64,000 nt of DNA from a virus (lineage: Duplodnaviria; Caudoviricetes). The notes below the pieces were generated by a model. It was not told where the DNA came from and made no database searches. It saw only the letters and a program-made list of their open reading frames with translations. Shown one piece after another: positions 27,127 to 36,876 of the stretch (position 1 is its first letter; each line of letters starts with the position of its first letter). The stretch covers positions 11,278-75,277 of the IMG/VR virus record IMGVR_UViG_3300022562_001605; one strand, 5' to 3'. A program made the position numbers and the translations under genes.

Positions 27127-27708
27127 TTAAATAGTTTGTGATTTTTCTAATAATGATACTATATCATCACTTATTTCAATTTTAGTTGTTGCATTTAAAG
27201 CGGCAAGGTTATCATCACATTGATCAACTAACCGCTGTGTTTCACGCAAAGATAAACATGCGTGATCATATAATGAATCTGTTATAGCAACAAAATCAAC
27301 AGAATCCGATCTTCCATAAAAATCATCTTTACCACTTTCCGCACGCATACGCTTTGCAGCGACTGTACGCGTAATAATATCTTCAGATTTTAAATCTTCG
27401 CCTGCGGTAACAATATCATCCCAAACGCAAAGAAGTTTGAGTAATTTATCGCGTTGTGCAATTATAGAATTTATACCGGATTGTTCATTAGCTACCTGAA
27501 TTGCGCGGCGAATATCGGCGCGAGCAGTGATTAACGCGACCATAGTTTCAACGCGTTCTCCAACTGCAACTGCTTCTTTTTCAATTATTTCTTTAACGGT
27601 AGAACCACTAAAAATGTTGATGTGGGAAATAAGGGGGTAACCCTTACGCATTCCTTTTTCTTGAATTCTACGTTCAATTCTACGTGCTTCTTTTAGTGAT
27701 ACTAACAT
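27127..27708 (-). CDS. long-helix hairpin protein
   Basis: SLKEARRIE...IRRAI..AN..GI...LAALNATTKIEI pattern, predominantly helical. Confidence 0.7.
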   Translation of the reverse strand: MLVSLKEARRIERRIQEKGMRKGYPLISHINIFSGSTVKEIIEKEAVAVGERVETMVALITARADIRRAIQVANEQSGINSIIAQRDKLLKLLCVWDDIVTAGEDLKSEDIITRTVAAKRMRAESGKDDFYGRSDSVDFVAITDSLYDHACLSLRETQRLVDQCDDNLAALNATTKIEISDDIVSLLEKSQTI

Positions 27709-28331
27709 TATATCTTTCTCCTGTTATAATCGTCGTAATAATCTTGAAATCTGTCTGGAACTACTAATTTCCAACCCGGGTATTTCAGTTTTAAACGATG
27801 GACGTGATTATCCATCATTCTATAAAATTCTTCTTGTGTCATATCTTGTTGTACGATAGTTAATTCATGATATCTACTATCATACGTAAAATCTGAAGTC
27901 AATCGTAATTTCTTTCCGTTTGAATACGCTTTACATAACCCAATATCAAAATATTGGTTAACGAATTTTTCGGGATTCATGTCTAAAATAATTATGTTAT
28001 AAACTGTACCGTCGTGTTTTTCAATTTCCCATACTAAATCAATATGGTTTCTGTGTGTACAACTGGCATCATCGCTATCCGATGCATTAAAAATAGAATC
28101 ACAAAGGATTCCATCTAAATTAAGGTCTAATAATTCAACCCAAAATTCTTCGTCATAGATATCCTCTTCACATCCCTCAGAAGATATGAAGAAATCATAA
28201 TCTTTTATTTCCTTATTGTGATAGGCGTCACGAATTGCACCGCCTGCTAAAATAACATCCGGTACATATTTTTTTATTTGTTTAAGAATTAAAAAACCGT
28301 GATCTAGTTTTTTTAAATTAGCAGCGTTCAC
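27708..28331 (-). CDS. nucleotidyltransferase (CCA-adding/poly(A) polymerase head-like)
   Basis: ILAGGAIRD...IKDYDFF, FDIGLCK; GTG start. Confidence 0.75.
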   Translation of the reverse strand: MNAANLKKLDHGFLILKQIKKYVPDVILAGGAIRDAYHNKEIKDYDFFISSEGCEEDIYDEEFWVELLDLNLDGILCDSIFNASDSDDASCTHRNHIDLVWEIEKHDGTVYNIIILDMNPEKFVNQYFDIGLCKAYSNGKKLRLTSDFTYDSRYHELTIVQQDMTQEEFYRMMDNHVHRLKLKYPGWKLVVPDRFQDYYDDYNRRKI

Positions 28332-28346
28332 GAATTATTATAACCT

Positions 28347-28562
28347 TTATTGGTCGTTATTCGTGGTATTATAATCCTGTTTGTTTAATTTGTCAAGCGC
28401 CATAACCATGTCTGCGACGAGCATGTTGTTCTTTTTTAGTTTCTTCTTGTAGGTATCGCGTTTAACTTTAGTTTTGGCGGTGTCCACTTTTTCTTTATAT
28501 TCTGTTGATAACCTAATAGCGTCTTGAATTTCTGCTATAAGAGCGTCCTTTACCATACTCAT
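28347..28562 (-). CDS. hypothetical protein
   Basis: AAGG RBS; ATGA overlap. Confidence 0.6.
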   Translation of the reverse strand: MSMVKDALIAEIQDAIRLSTEYKEKVDTAKTKVKRDTYKKKLKKNNMLVADMVMALDKLNKQDYNTTNNDQ

Positions 28563-28891
28563 TTTAATTCATTACCTTTTTTATTTTCTTGTTCTTGTTC
28601 TTGTTCTTGTTCTTGTTCTTGTTTTTTTTCTTCTTCCAAAGCGCGTTGTCTTAAGATAGCATCTATAACATTAATACCATTTTGAACTTGTAATGCAATT
28701 TCAGCATGGCCGACTTGATAAGCCTTCGCCATTCTTTCACCTAAGATGATACGCTGATTCCAAAGTTGATTCACATCCATCAGAGGCCATTTGTCTGGGG
28801 TAACTTGTTCTATTTTTTGACGTGTAACAGGCGTAACTTTTGCTGTAGTGTCAACAGACACAGAACCTGTAAAATCTTTTATATTTGGCAT
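28559..28891 (-). CDS. hypothetical protein with (QE)n tail
   Basis: GGAG RBS. Confidence 0.6.
   Translation of the reverse strand: MPNIKDFTGSVSVDTTAKVTPVTRQKIEQVTPDKWPLMDVNQLWNQRIILGERMAKAYQVGHAEIALQVQNGINVIDAILRQRALEEEKKQEQEQEQEQEQENKKGNELK
28587..28622. repeat. (TCTTGT)6 in-frame microsatellite
   Basis: six perfect hexamers encoding QEQEQEQEQEQE. Confidence 0.95.
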
Positions 28892-28930
28892 TATACTTCT
28901 CCATTATTGTATTATATATTGTAGAAAAAA

Positions 28931-29788
28931 TCAATTAGGCAAGCCAGATATCTTCATCATTTGGGCATTGCCCATAGTAACAAGCTGATATGACTGTGAG
29001 CCGTCTGCTGATTTCGTTTTCTTAACAGGTATATCAGTTCCTGCCAGAATGTCCTTGCGTATATCAAGCTCATCGTTAGTGGCATTGTGAATATTATAAA
29101 TCCACAGTTCTTCAAAAGTTCCGTCTTCGGTTTGGCGTTTGTATATTAGATGGGCGTTGTTTACAACTCTAATAACACCTGCACGGTCTGGATTTTCAAA
29201 TTCCTGTATTTCAGGTTTTTCAGGAATTACTGGCATGTTGCCACCTTCGTCGCCCGGAGCGCCTTGTGGTAATGTATTGCCTTCAGCGCCCATTCCTGCG
29301 GCCATTGGGTTACCTGCTGTTTCGTCTTCGTCACTTAAACCAAATTCTTTTCTGAAACGGGTATAATAACTAACAGCGGTTGAATGTGTTACTTTTACTT
29401 CCTTTTCAAATCTTTCTATAACATCGGTTCTAGTAGATTCTTTATCTGCCATCATTTCTTTAAAAATACGGCGAGCTTGTTCAATTTTTACACCCTTTTG
29501 CTCTGCTTCTTCTTCATATGAATCACCATCATCGTCAAATTGAGTAAGTTGGGCTGAATGATATGGTTTTGTAGCCATGGGCATTGAACCACCCATACCT
29601 TGGAATAATTCAGAAAGTAAGCTTTCACCTATAGCACCGCCGTCGCCCGACATATTTCCACCCGTGCCTGTAGTATACCAACTATCAGCCAATCCGCCCT
29701 TTGTTTTCTTAGGTTTTGGGGGAGTCGCGGCGGTTTTTATGTGCTTTTTTTCAATAAAATCCTTGAGTGAGAATTTGTTTTCAGACAT
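28931..29788 (-). CDS. late protein with low-complexity linkers and HTH-like central domain
   Basis: GAGG RBS; K.EQARRIF...R..VI......T.STA.SYY..F.K. Confidence 0.7.
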   Translation of the reverse strand: MSENKFSLKDFIEKKHIKTAATPPKPKKTKGGLADSWYTTGTGGNMSGDGGAIGESLLSELFQGMGGSMPMATKPYHSAQLTQFDDDGDSYEEEAEQKGVKIEQARRIFKEMMADKESTRTDVIERFEKEVKVTHSTAVSYYTRFRKEFGLSDEDETAGNPMAAGMGAEGNTLPQGAPGDEGGNMPVIPEKPEIQEFENPDRAGVIRVVNNAHLIYKRQTEDGTFEELWIYNIHNATNDELDIRKDILAGTDIPVKKTKSADGSQSYQLVTMGNAQMMKISGLPN

Positions 29789-29811
29789 TGCTATTCCTCT
29801 TGTACATTAAG

Positions 29812-29858
29812 TATTTATACATTTACTGAAAGAGTGCCGTTTTTGTAAGTTATAAATA
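29812..29858. promoter_or_regulatory. divergent pair of T4-type late promoters
   Basis: TATAAATA on minus (29812-19) and plus (29851-58) strands between divergent genes. Confidence 0.7.
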
Positions 29859-29882
29859 AAGGAAAGAATTTTGAGGTAATCT

Positions 29883-30338
29883 ATGACTAAAAAGCGCGTT
29901 CGTGGTAATCCACTCCCATTAATTGTTGAAAATCATCCAGAAAGTTACGACGGATACCCATTTATTACCCTAATCCAATATCGCGATGAAGAAGTCTTGG
30001 GTATTGTTGATAATATAACAGATAAAATGGTAAAAGCCTATATTTTGGACTTGTGTGGTCCGTCGCAAGTTGATGAAGAAAGTATAATTAATGTTGCTAG
30101 TGAATGGTATGCGAAATCTAAGGATAGATATCCACTTTCTTTTGAATTTTCTAAATTAGGAATGTCCGAAACTGTACGTGGAATATATCGTTCATATCCT
30201 GTTGGATTTGTTACACGCGTTATAGGCCCTTTACCACGATTTGAAATGGGTGAGGTTAAAAGCGTCAAGCGTCGTCGAAGAAAGCCAATATCTTCAAATA
30301 TTGAAGTTCAAAATCATAAAATTTTAATAATGGATTAG
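29883..30338 (+). CDS. hypothetical phage protein
   Basis: GAGG RBS; YPFITLIQY...GIVDN...GP. Confidence 0.7.
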   Translation: MTKKRVRGNPLPLIVENHPESYDGYPFITLIQYRDEEVLGIVDNITDKMVKAYILDLCGPSQVDEESIINVASEWYAKSKDRYPLSFEFSKLGMSETVRGIYRSYPVGFVTRVIGPLPRFEMGEVKSVKRRRRKPISSNIEVQNHKILIMD

Positions 30339-30880
30339 GATTTCTTTTGTTTAGAAAGGAATGCTTTCTGTTTTAATTCTTCTTGGATTTGCTGTATCAT
30401 AGACCAAGATTCCCCAAATGCATTTGCAGCATGTACATCTACAGTAGTGCGCGTATCTTGCGCAGATACACCCATTGGTCCAGGTTCTGATGTTGGTTCA
30501 TTAGATGTTGATTGTGGTGCACTAGTACCTCGCGCAGGTGCGTTTTGTGCTGCTATTTTTTGAAGCTCTTCCATATCTCCAGCATATGCGTACTTTTCAC
30601 CTTCAGGTGTCAAGCTGCCAGTTTCATCTGCAAGATTTTCACTCTTTAATGCGGCCATACCTTCATCAGTCAATTCTGCTTCTTCAGCATCGTCATCAAC
30701 GTAAATAAGTCCTAATTCTACAAGCGTATTTCGATCTACTACAACATCCCTATTTGTAGTAATTTGACTATAAACAGCATGGGGGGTTGTTTCAGGCAAA
30801 GCAAGCTTAGCCAGTATAAACTTTTGGGTTTGACTTAATCTAACATTCGTAAGAACGTGAACTTCATTTACTGTATCCAT
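30335..30880 (-). CDS. hypothetical late protein
   Basis: preceded by CATAAATA at 30886-93. Confidence 0.6.
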   Translation of the reverse strand: MDTVNEVHVLTNVRLSQTQKFILAKLALPETTPHAVYSQITTNRDVVVDRNTLVELGLIYVDDDAEEAELTDEGMAALKSENLADETGSLTPEGEKYAYAGDMEELQKIAAQNAPARGTSAPQSTSNEPTSEPGPMGVSAQDTRTTVDVHAANAFGESWSMIQQIQEELKQKAFLSKQKKS

Positions 30881-30897
30881 AGGTGTATTTATGGTTA

Positions 30898-31482
30898 TTA
30901 GATTATTTTTGCTTTAATTAGATGGAGTTGCAATACAATATTTAATGCATAAGCTAACGCATGTGCGCGTTTAAAGTAGTATTTTTCGGGGTCATCGGGT
31001 TTACGATATATCTCTTCCCTGATAATCTTTCTTGTTTGGGGATTGATATATGATTCTAATAAATGACGTTTACCCGGACGAATCAGTGCAATAGTATCTG
31101 CAAGTTCTTCGATAGACTGTGGTTTTATTTTATAAATAATGTCAAAATGCCTGTGTATCTGAAACAATTTTTCAACAGTTTCTTGATTTTCCAATAATGT
31201 CCAATCAGGTTCACGTTTAAGAAGTGCACGAATTTCTTCTTTATTTTCAAAAATATCAAGCAATGAAAGGTGTAAAAAATCAATCTTAAAATAACCTAAT
31301 TCTTCTGCTTGTTCAAATGGTATGGCGGATAATCCTGTAACCTTATCTTTTGCAATATTTTGTAGGTATGCCCCCGCAGGATGTTTTTTTAGTTCACCAT
31401 TATCTACCCGCGAAGCATAGACTGCGGTAGGGAAATATTCAAGTGGGTCAAAATCGGTTTTAAAATCTATATCTATATCCAT
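30898..31482 (-). CDS. minimal DnaE (Pol III alpha) palm fragment, C-terminal half
   Basis: DIDIDF, HPAG, GYFKIDFL, FQ, ALIRPG, YFKRAHALAYA match DnaE motifs in order. Confidence 0.85.
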   Translation of the reverse strand: MDIDIDFKTDFDPLEYFPTAVYASRVDNGELKKHPAGAYLQNIAKDKVTGLSAIPFEQAEELGYFKIDFLHLSLLDIFENKEEIRALLKREPDWTLLENQETVEKLFQIHRHFDIIYKIKPQSIEELADTIALIRPGKRHLLESYINPQTRKIIREEIYRKPDDPEKYYFKRAHALAYALNIVLQLHLIKAKII

Positions 31483-31503
31483 TTAACAAGGATATCAGAT
31501 TGT

Positions 31504-31872
31504 TTACATTTCATCAAGTATTTTAACGGCTTCTTCTACTATTATTTCAATATTGGCGTTTTCATCATGGAGCATAATGTTACCGCGCATACGAATTTCT
31601 TCAATTTCCGCAGCAATGTGTAACCATTTGGCGCGTTGTTCTATAATACCATCAGCAACGTGTTGTGCAGTTTTACCAGTGGCATTAACTTCAGCTTCAA
31701 GCAAAGGATAGCTTGAAAGAAGGTTAACTGGATATCTAGCAGCAACGAAATCAGCCGCTTCATCGGCCTTTTCTTGATACACCATCATTTGACCAATATT
31801 AGAAACGGTGTGCCTACTATGCGCTTTACCTGCGGCATAGTTTATTTGATAGATTGCATCTTTTAATCGCAT
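31504..31872 (-). CDS. tail-fibre-associated (assembly/chaperone-like) protein
   Basis: GQ...Y.EK..EA...YP.L.AE..A.G...A..I......W...IE.IR; downstream of fibre gene. Confidence 0.55.
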   Translation of the reverse strand: MRLKDAIYQINYAAGKAHSRHTVSNIGQMMVYQEKADEAADFVAARYPVNLLSSYPLLEAEVNATGKTAQHVADGIIEQRAKWLHIAAEIEEIRMRGNIMLHDENANIEIIVEEAVKILDEM

Positions 31873-31873
31873 A

Positions 31874-34441
31874 TTAGAATAATAACTTACCTATTACGTT
31901 ACCTTCAACCGCAGAATCGGCAGTACTTGTAATTTGGAATGTAATATCGTTCGATGTTATAGCCGTTGGATTAATCGTACGTCCTGTTGTACTAAACAAT
32001 ACACTTAATGCAAAACCAACTTCTGTAGTTCCAAGATTATGAACGACTGTAAAGTTTCCAACACCGTTGTAGATTGTATACCATCCAGAAGGAAGTGAAG
32101 TTTCGAGTATTCCCAACGTTGGTGAACCTATAGCAGGAGAACCGATGCCCGGAGGTAATGGTGAACCATTTGGTGAACCATATGCCTGTCCTGTTGTTAT
32201 ATTAATATAGTATTCTTTTGGTACACCAACCCATGCAGCACCGTCATAAACTTTAACTTTATTAAGGTCTGTATCATAAACTGTGCCGCCTTCTACACCA
32301 ACAGGAAGACCCGCTGTTGTATAGTTTGGTTGTACATATTGTGCTTTATCACCCGTAAGTGTTAATACACCATTATCGGATAACAACATAAAGAATTCTG
32401 TTGTTGCAGGAGAACCTGTTCCAACTGGCGAACCATATGCACCGATACCAAGCATTACACTATTTGATGTAACGTTTGTTAAATTGTGGCCTATTGTAAT
32501 AGGATGTGTAATAGTAGGTGGCGAGCCTGTCGCTCCAGAAACTACATTCGTACCTATACTTATACTATTATCGGCGTATGCTGCGGCATTTGCACCTAAA
32601 GCAATAGCATAATCAAAATCTGCTATGGCATCTGGACCAATTGCAATTGCGTGATTACCTGGGTTAGTCGTGGCACCCACTCTACCTGCGATAGCACCAG
32701 TCGTACCACTACCTATAGCTATACAACTTGTTTGATATGCCTTAGCGTTATATCCAATGGCAATAGTTTCGTAACCTACAAAAGTATTAGTGCCTGCGGT
32801 TGAACCAGAAAATGCATTTTTACCTATAGCGATATTTCGTTGGTCTTTTGTCTGCGCATCCCTTCCAATACAAACAGAATCTGTACCAGTTGGAATGTTA
32901 TTATATCCTATTCCAACACTATATGCACCACCTGGGCCTGCTCCATAACCAACAGCGGTTGCATAGTTAGCACCACAATCTGAACCTTGACCAATTGCTA
33001 CGCCACCGATTCTATCTGCTATTGCATTTGCACCAACAGCCGTACCACCTTCGTCAGTTATTGCACCATTTGTTTGACCTGCCAAGGCATTATATCCGAT
33101 TGCTACCGTGTATCTTTCTCTTGCAGTTGCAAGATTGCCCACGGAAACAGAAGAAAGACCATATGCAGTACTACTAGTACCCAATGCAACAGTATAACTT
33201 TGTGATGCAACGGTATTACTACCAATAGCTATTGATTCTTGGTAGGTAGGTGAACCAGATCCTGAAACTGCATTATTACCAATTGCAATAGAATTTATTC
33301 CTGGTGCGAGTGGAGCGGTTGTAAAGTTTGCACCTGCGTTTCCTATTAACCAGTTATATGAACCAAGTGGAACCCAAGCAGAACCATTATAAACTTTAAT
33401 TTCAACGGTATCTGTATCAAAAACAGTACCACCCAAAACACCAACTGGTAATCCAGCTGTTGTATAATTTGGGTGTACATATTGTGCTTTTGCACCAGAT
33501 AATGTTAATACACCATTGTCTGACATTAACATGTAGAATGTTTCAATCGGTGAACCGTGTGCGGCCTGTCCGATCATAACACTGCTTGCTGTTGTGTTTG
33601 TAAGATTATAACCAATAGTAGTTGCGTAATCTAAATTTGTCTGTGTTGAATATCCTAATGCTATCGAATTAGTTCCACGACAATCAGCATTTGCACCTAC
33701 TGCTATTCCACCAACGCGTTGTCCTTGTGTTCCACCAACTATTGCATTAGCACCAAGTGCAAGTGAATCTTGTGATTTAGCAGTTGCATATGCACCAAAG
33801 GCAGTTGCGCGTTGTTTATCTGTTGCACTTAGTGGTGAACCCAATGGCGAACCTGTGAATCCAGAAGCAATTGCTTGATAACCAACAGCAGTACAATCTG
33901 TTGCATATGCATTTGTATATGCACCAATTGCGATAGTTCCTGTTAATGTGCTACCAGCATCTTTAATATAACCCGCCTGCGCAGCTTCACCAATTGCAAT
34001 ATTTTCATAACCGCGTGTTATTGCTTGATAACCAATTGCGATAGATGCCCAACCACCAAATGCTTCAACCGAATCGGCGACGGCTTCTTGACCAATTGCG
34101 ATACTATAATTACCACGGGCATGTGCAACTTCACCAATAGAGATTGTACCATCGATTGTTGGTGAACCAAGACCCGCACCATTACCAATAGAAATAGAGC
34201 CTATACCAGGTGCTACCGGTGTAATAGAAAAATCTGCACCATTATTAGCCGTTATCCAATTATTTGCACCTTCAATTCCAGCTTCTGCTAATGTCGCGTT
34301 TCTCCATCCTATTGGCGATCCACCATAAAACATTATTTCTCCAGGTGCAACTGAAGTTATATTAACATCACCAATTGTGTTCAGCGTAAGCGAACCACCC
34401 AATTCCGTAACGTCTATTTGAAATGATTTAATACGTGGCAT
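31874..34441 (-). CDS. tail fibre with two YadA-like head (beta-roll) modules
   Basis: many SIAIG/AVG 14-residue repeats; internally duplicated neck segment. Confidence 0.85.
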   Translation of the reverse strand: MPRIKSFQIDVTELGGSLTLNTIGDVNITSVAPGEIMFYGGSPIGWRNATLAEAGIEGANNWITANNGADFSITPVAPGIGSISIGNGAGLGSPTIDGTISIGEVAHARGNYSIAIGQEAVADSVEAFGGWASIAIGYQAITRGYENIAIGEAAQAGYIKDAGSTLTGTIAIGAYTNAYATDCTAVGYQAIASGFTGSPLGSPLSATDKQRATAFGAYATAKSQDSLALGANAIVGGTQGQRVGGIAVGANADCRGTNSIALGYSTQTNLDYATTIGYNLTNTTASSVMIGQAAHGSPIETFYMLMSDNGVLTLSGAKAQYVHPNYTTAGLPVGVLGGTVFDTDTVEIKVYNGSAWVPLGSYNWLIGNAGANFTTAPLAPGINSIAIGNNAVSGSGSPTYQESIAIGSNTVASQSYTVALGTSSTAYGLSSVSVGNLATARERYTVAIGYNALAGQTNGAITDEGGTAVGANAIADRIGGVAIGQGSDCGANYATAVGYGAGPGGAYSVGIGYNNIPTGTDSVCIGRDAQTKDQRNIAIGKNAFSGSTAGTNTFVGYETIAIGYNAKAYQTSCIAIGSGTTGAIAGRVGATTNPGNHAIAIGPDAIADFDYAIALGANAAAYADNSISIGTNVVSGATGSPPTITHPITIGHNLTNVTSNSVMLGIGAYGSPVGTGSPATTEFFMLLSDNGVLTLTGDKAQYVQPNYTTAGLPVGVEGGTVYDTDLNKVKVYDGAAWVGVPKEYYINITTGQAYGSPNGSPLPPGIGSPAIGSPTLGILETSLPSGWYTIYNGVGNFTVVHNLGTTEVGFALSVLFSTTGRTINPTAITSNDITFQITSTADSAVEGNVIGKLLF

Positions 34442-34451
34442 TATTATTTCC

Positions 34452-36830
34452 TTATGAAATCAATATAGTTTCTATCAAGCTTCCGCTTGGTATTGAATAA
34501 TTAAACAAAAGATAACTAGATTCTGTACCGAAAATAGTTGTATTACCTAAAGAATCTACAAATGCATAATCACCTTCTACACCATTTATAGCAGGTGCAA
34601 CTTGTACAAATTCAACAATAGGTGTAAAATGTACTTGACCATAGTTTGCGGGTGAACCCGTCATTGGTAATGTCATAGCAGGTGAAGCTGTTGGATCATA
34701 TGTCGCCAACAAAGGAACATTAGTATTAGAATTAGCAAGAGATGCTATTGGAACTAATGTAACCGCAGGCGAACCTAAGAATAATGGTCCAATATCATGA
34801 ACTCTATATCCACCATCATAAGAGCCGTAAATTGCTTCAGCAGAGCCGCGTATAGTGAACGATTTACCTGCTGGAAAACTTGCAGTAACATCACCGCTTA
34901 TTATAATATCATCTGGAATAGATGTAAGTGGTGAACCAACTGGCGAGCCAGTTGTTATACTAGATTGGCTTCTAAAGTTTGCGCCTATAATTGTAGTTGG
35001 CGTTGGATCTGTTGCAAATAAGTAAACAGATTCTGGAGAACCTATAGGACCTGGATCGGTAATAGCTATACTACTAGTACCACCAGATGTATTTGCAGTA
35101 AATGCTTCACCATTTGCACCTTCAATAGAAAATACAGCATTTGCTAATACTGGACTAGCAAAAACCATAATACTATTAATCGCGAGGGTCAATGTGTTGT
35201 GCGTTGTAGTATCTGTTCCAGCAGGAATACTTATTGTTACTGGACCACCACCATCGATATTGACTGCAAACGTATATGTTTTAGTTTGATCTAATCCTGT
35301 TAATGTAGCACTTTCAACAATACCCAACGAATCTGTATATAGAATATTTTGTTTAGCATACGAATGCGCATACTGTTTTATTCCATTTATAGATACAGAT
35401 AGTTTGTTATCACCAACGATACTTGTTTGTGTAAGATATGGTAGTGCAGGTGAGCCTATAGGTGAAGGTGAACCTAATGCTTCAAATGTTCTTGTAACTA
35501 TAACATTTGCAGTAGTACTAATACCGCTAATAGCAGTATCAACATAATTTTTAGTTGCTGGATTTGATGCTAATGTTGGTTCTAAAACATTTACCTGGCC
35601 GGTGAATGTACTAGCACCCGATACAACCATCGTATTAATATTAGTTGTACCTGTAAATGTTGGTGATACTATTGGTGCTTTTACTATATCAATATTTTCT
35701 ATAACGTCTTTTACTGTAGCACCAGAAATAGAAAGAGTAGGTGAACCAAAGTTATCGAAAACTATTTCCGAAGCGTTGTGATTGTGTCCAACACGTGTAA
35801 TACCTTTAATATCAATAACAGTATCGATAGTAGGTGAACCACTAAATGGATTAGTTACAGTAAATCTTAACGTATTTTCGTTAACATTTATTACAGGTGA
35901 ACCTGTAAGTGGTGAACCTGTAACGGTTTCAACGCTTTGTAATACACCATCAGCACCAGCCGAAAAGACTAATGCATCAACATATTCTTTAGAGGCAGCG
36001 CCTGTTGCAGATGGTACGGCTGGCAAGCCTAATACTTCACCGCCATTTACATTAACATTTCCACTAACAACAAAATTTATATCACCACCATTTATTGATA
36101 TATCACCACCATTTACAATAATATTAGCTAATGGACTACCGCCACTAGAAACAATTAAAGTACCTGTCATTGTATCACCAGATTTATTAACTTTAGCATC
36201 GAATAAATCTTGGACTGTTATAAATGGTGAGCCGCCAATAGCAAGACCGTCAAGAGCTTGTATTGCGTCAACTAATAGTTGCGGACTTCCAAAACTATCT
36301 AAAAATTGATTTTGTGCAGCAGTAAGGTGGAATATTTGTGGACTTCCCATATCGCTGATGTGTCTATCAACATATTGTTTAGTAACAGCACCGAGCGATT
36401 CCGTAGGATCGCCTGCAAGGATTAATTCCCCCGTCATATGGGAGGTACCTGTTGCTAAAATAACAGCGTCCCATCCAGTTGCAGGAAAGCTATCCGCCGC
36501 CGTATTACGAATATATAATTGCGGTCCAGTCGGTCCAATAGTAGGGCTTCCAGAATAACCTACATTATTATACCACAATTGACCTTCTATAGAATTTAAC
36601 GGACGAACACTATTGGAAAAATTTTCAAGCATGTATATAAGATTCTGCTGAATTCCTTCACCATAATCTTGCATACCCTTACCATATAATTTCAGTGTAG
36701 TTTTTGCTGAAACTGCTTGGGGTATAAATGTACCATTTGTTGGACTCAAAATACCATTAGTGGTATATGGATATACAGAAAATTCAGTTTTCGTACCGTC
36801 CGTAAAATAAAAGGTATATTTTGTTGCCAT
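34452..36830 (-). CDS. tail fibre/virion structural protein
   Basis: YGE..QQN..YMLENF, GQLWY, TKQYVD, GDTMTG.L motifs. Confidence 0.8.
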   Translation of the reverse strand: MATKYTFYFTDGTKTEFSVYPYTTNGILSPTNGTFIPQAVSAKTTLKLYGKGMQDYGEGIQQNLIYMLENFSNSVRPLNSIEGQLWYNNVGYSGSPTIGPTGPQLYIRNTAADSFPATGWDAVILATGTSHMTGELILAGDPTESLGAVTKQYVDRHISDMGSPQIFHLTAAQNQFLDSFGSPQLLVDAIQALDGLAIGGSPFITVQDLFDAKVNKSGDTMTGTLIVSSGGSPLANIIVNGGDISINGGDINFVVSGNVNVNGGEVLGLPAVPSATGAASKEYVDALVFSAGADGVLQSVETVTGSPLTGSPVINVNENTLRFTVTNPFSGSPTIDTVIDIKGITRVGHNHNASEIVFDNFGSPTLSISGATVKDVIENIDIVKAPIVSPTFTGTTNINTMVVSGASTFTGQVNVLEPTLASNPATKNYVDTAISGISTTANVIVTRTFEALGSPSPIGSPALPYLTQTSIVGDNKLSVSINGIKQYAHSYAKQNILYTDSLGIVESATLTGLDQTKTYTFAVNIDGGGPVTISIPAGTDTTTHNTLTLAINSIMVFASPVLANAVFSIEGANGEAFTANTSGGTSSIAITDPGPIGSPESVYLFATDPTPTTIIGANFRSQSSITTGSPVGSPLTSIPDDIIISGDVTASFPAGKSFTIRGSAEAIYGSYDGGYRVHDIGPLFLGSPAVTLVPIASLANSNTNVPLLATYDPTASPAMTLPMTGSPANYGQVHFTPIVEFVQVAPAINGVEGDYAFVDSLGNTTIFGTESSYLLFNYSIPSGSLIETILIS

Positions 36831-36876
36831 GTAATATTTTCCCTAAACCAATATTATTCCAATATTTATTGTTTTG

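Noticed and set aside
35782-36309. 175-aa plus-strand ORF and other long antisense ORFs in the fibre genes
   Set aside because: These are stop-free antisense frames expected from biased Gly/Thr/Pro codon usage of the fibre genes
31874-36830. GGTGAACC as a dispersed DNA repeat or recombination site
   Set aside because: The same Gly-Ser-Pro peptide is also encoded by many other codon combinations including AGY serine, so the signal is at protein level
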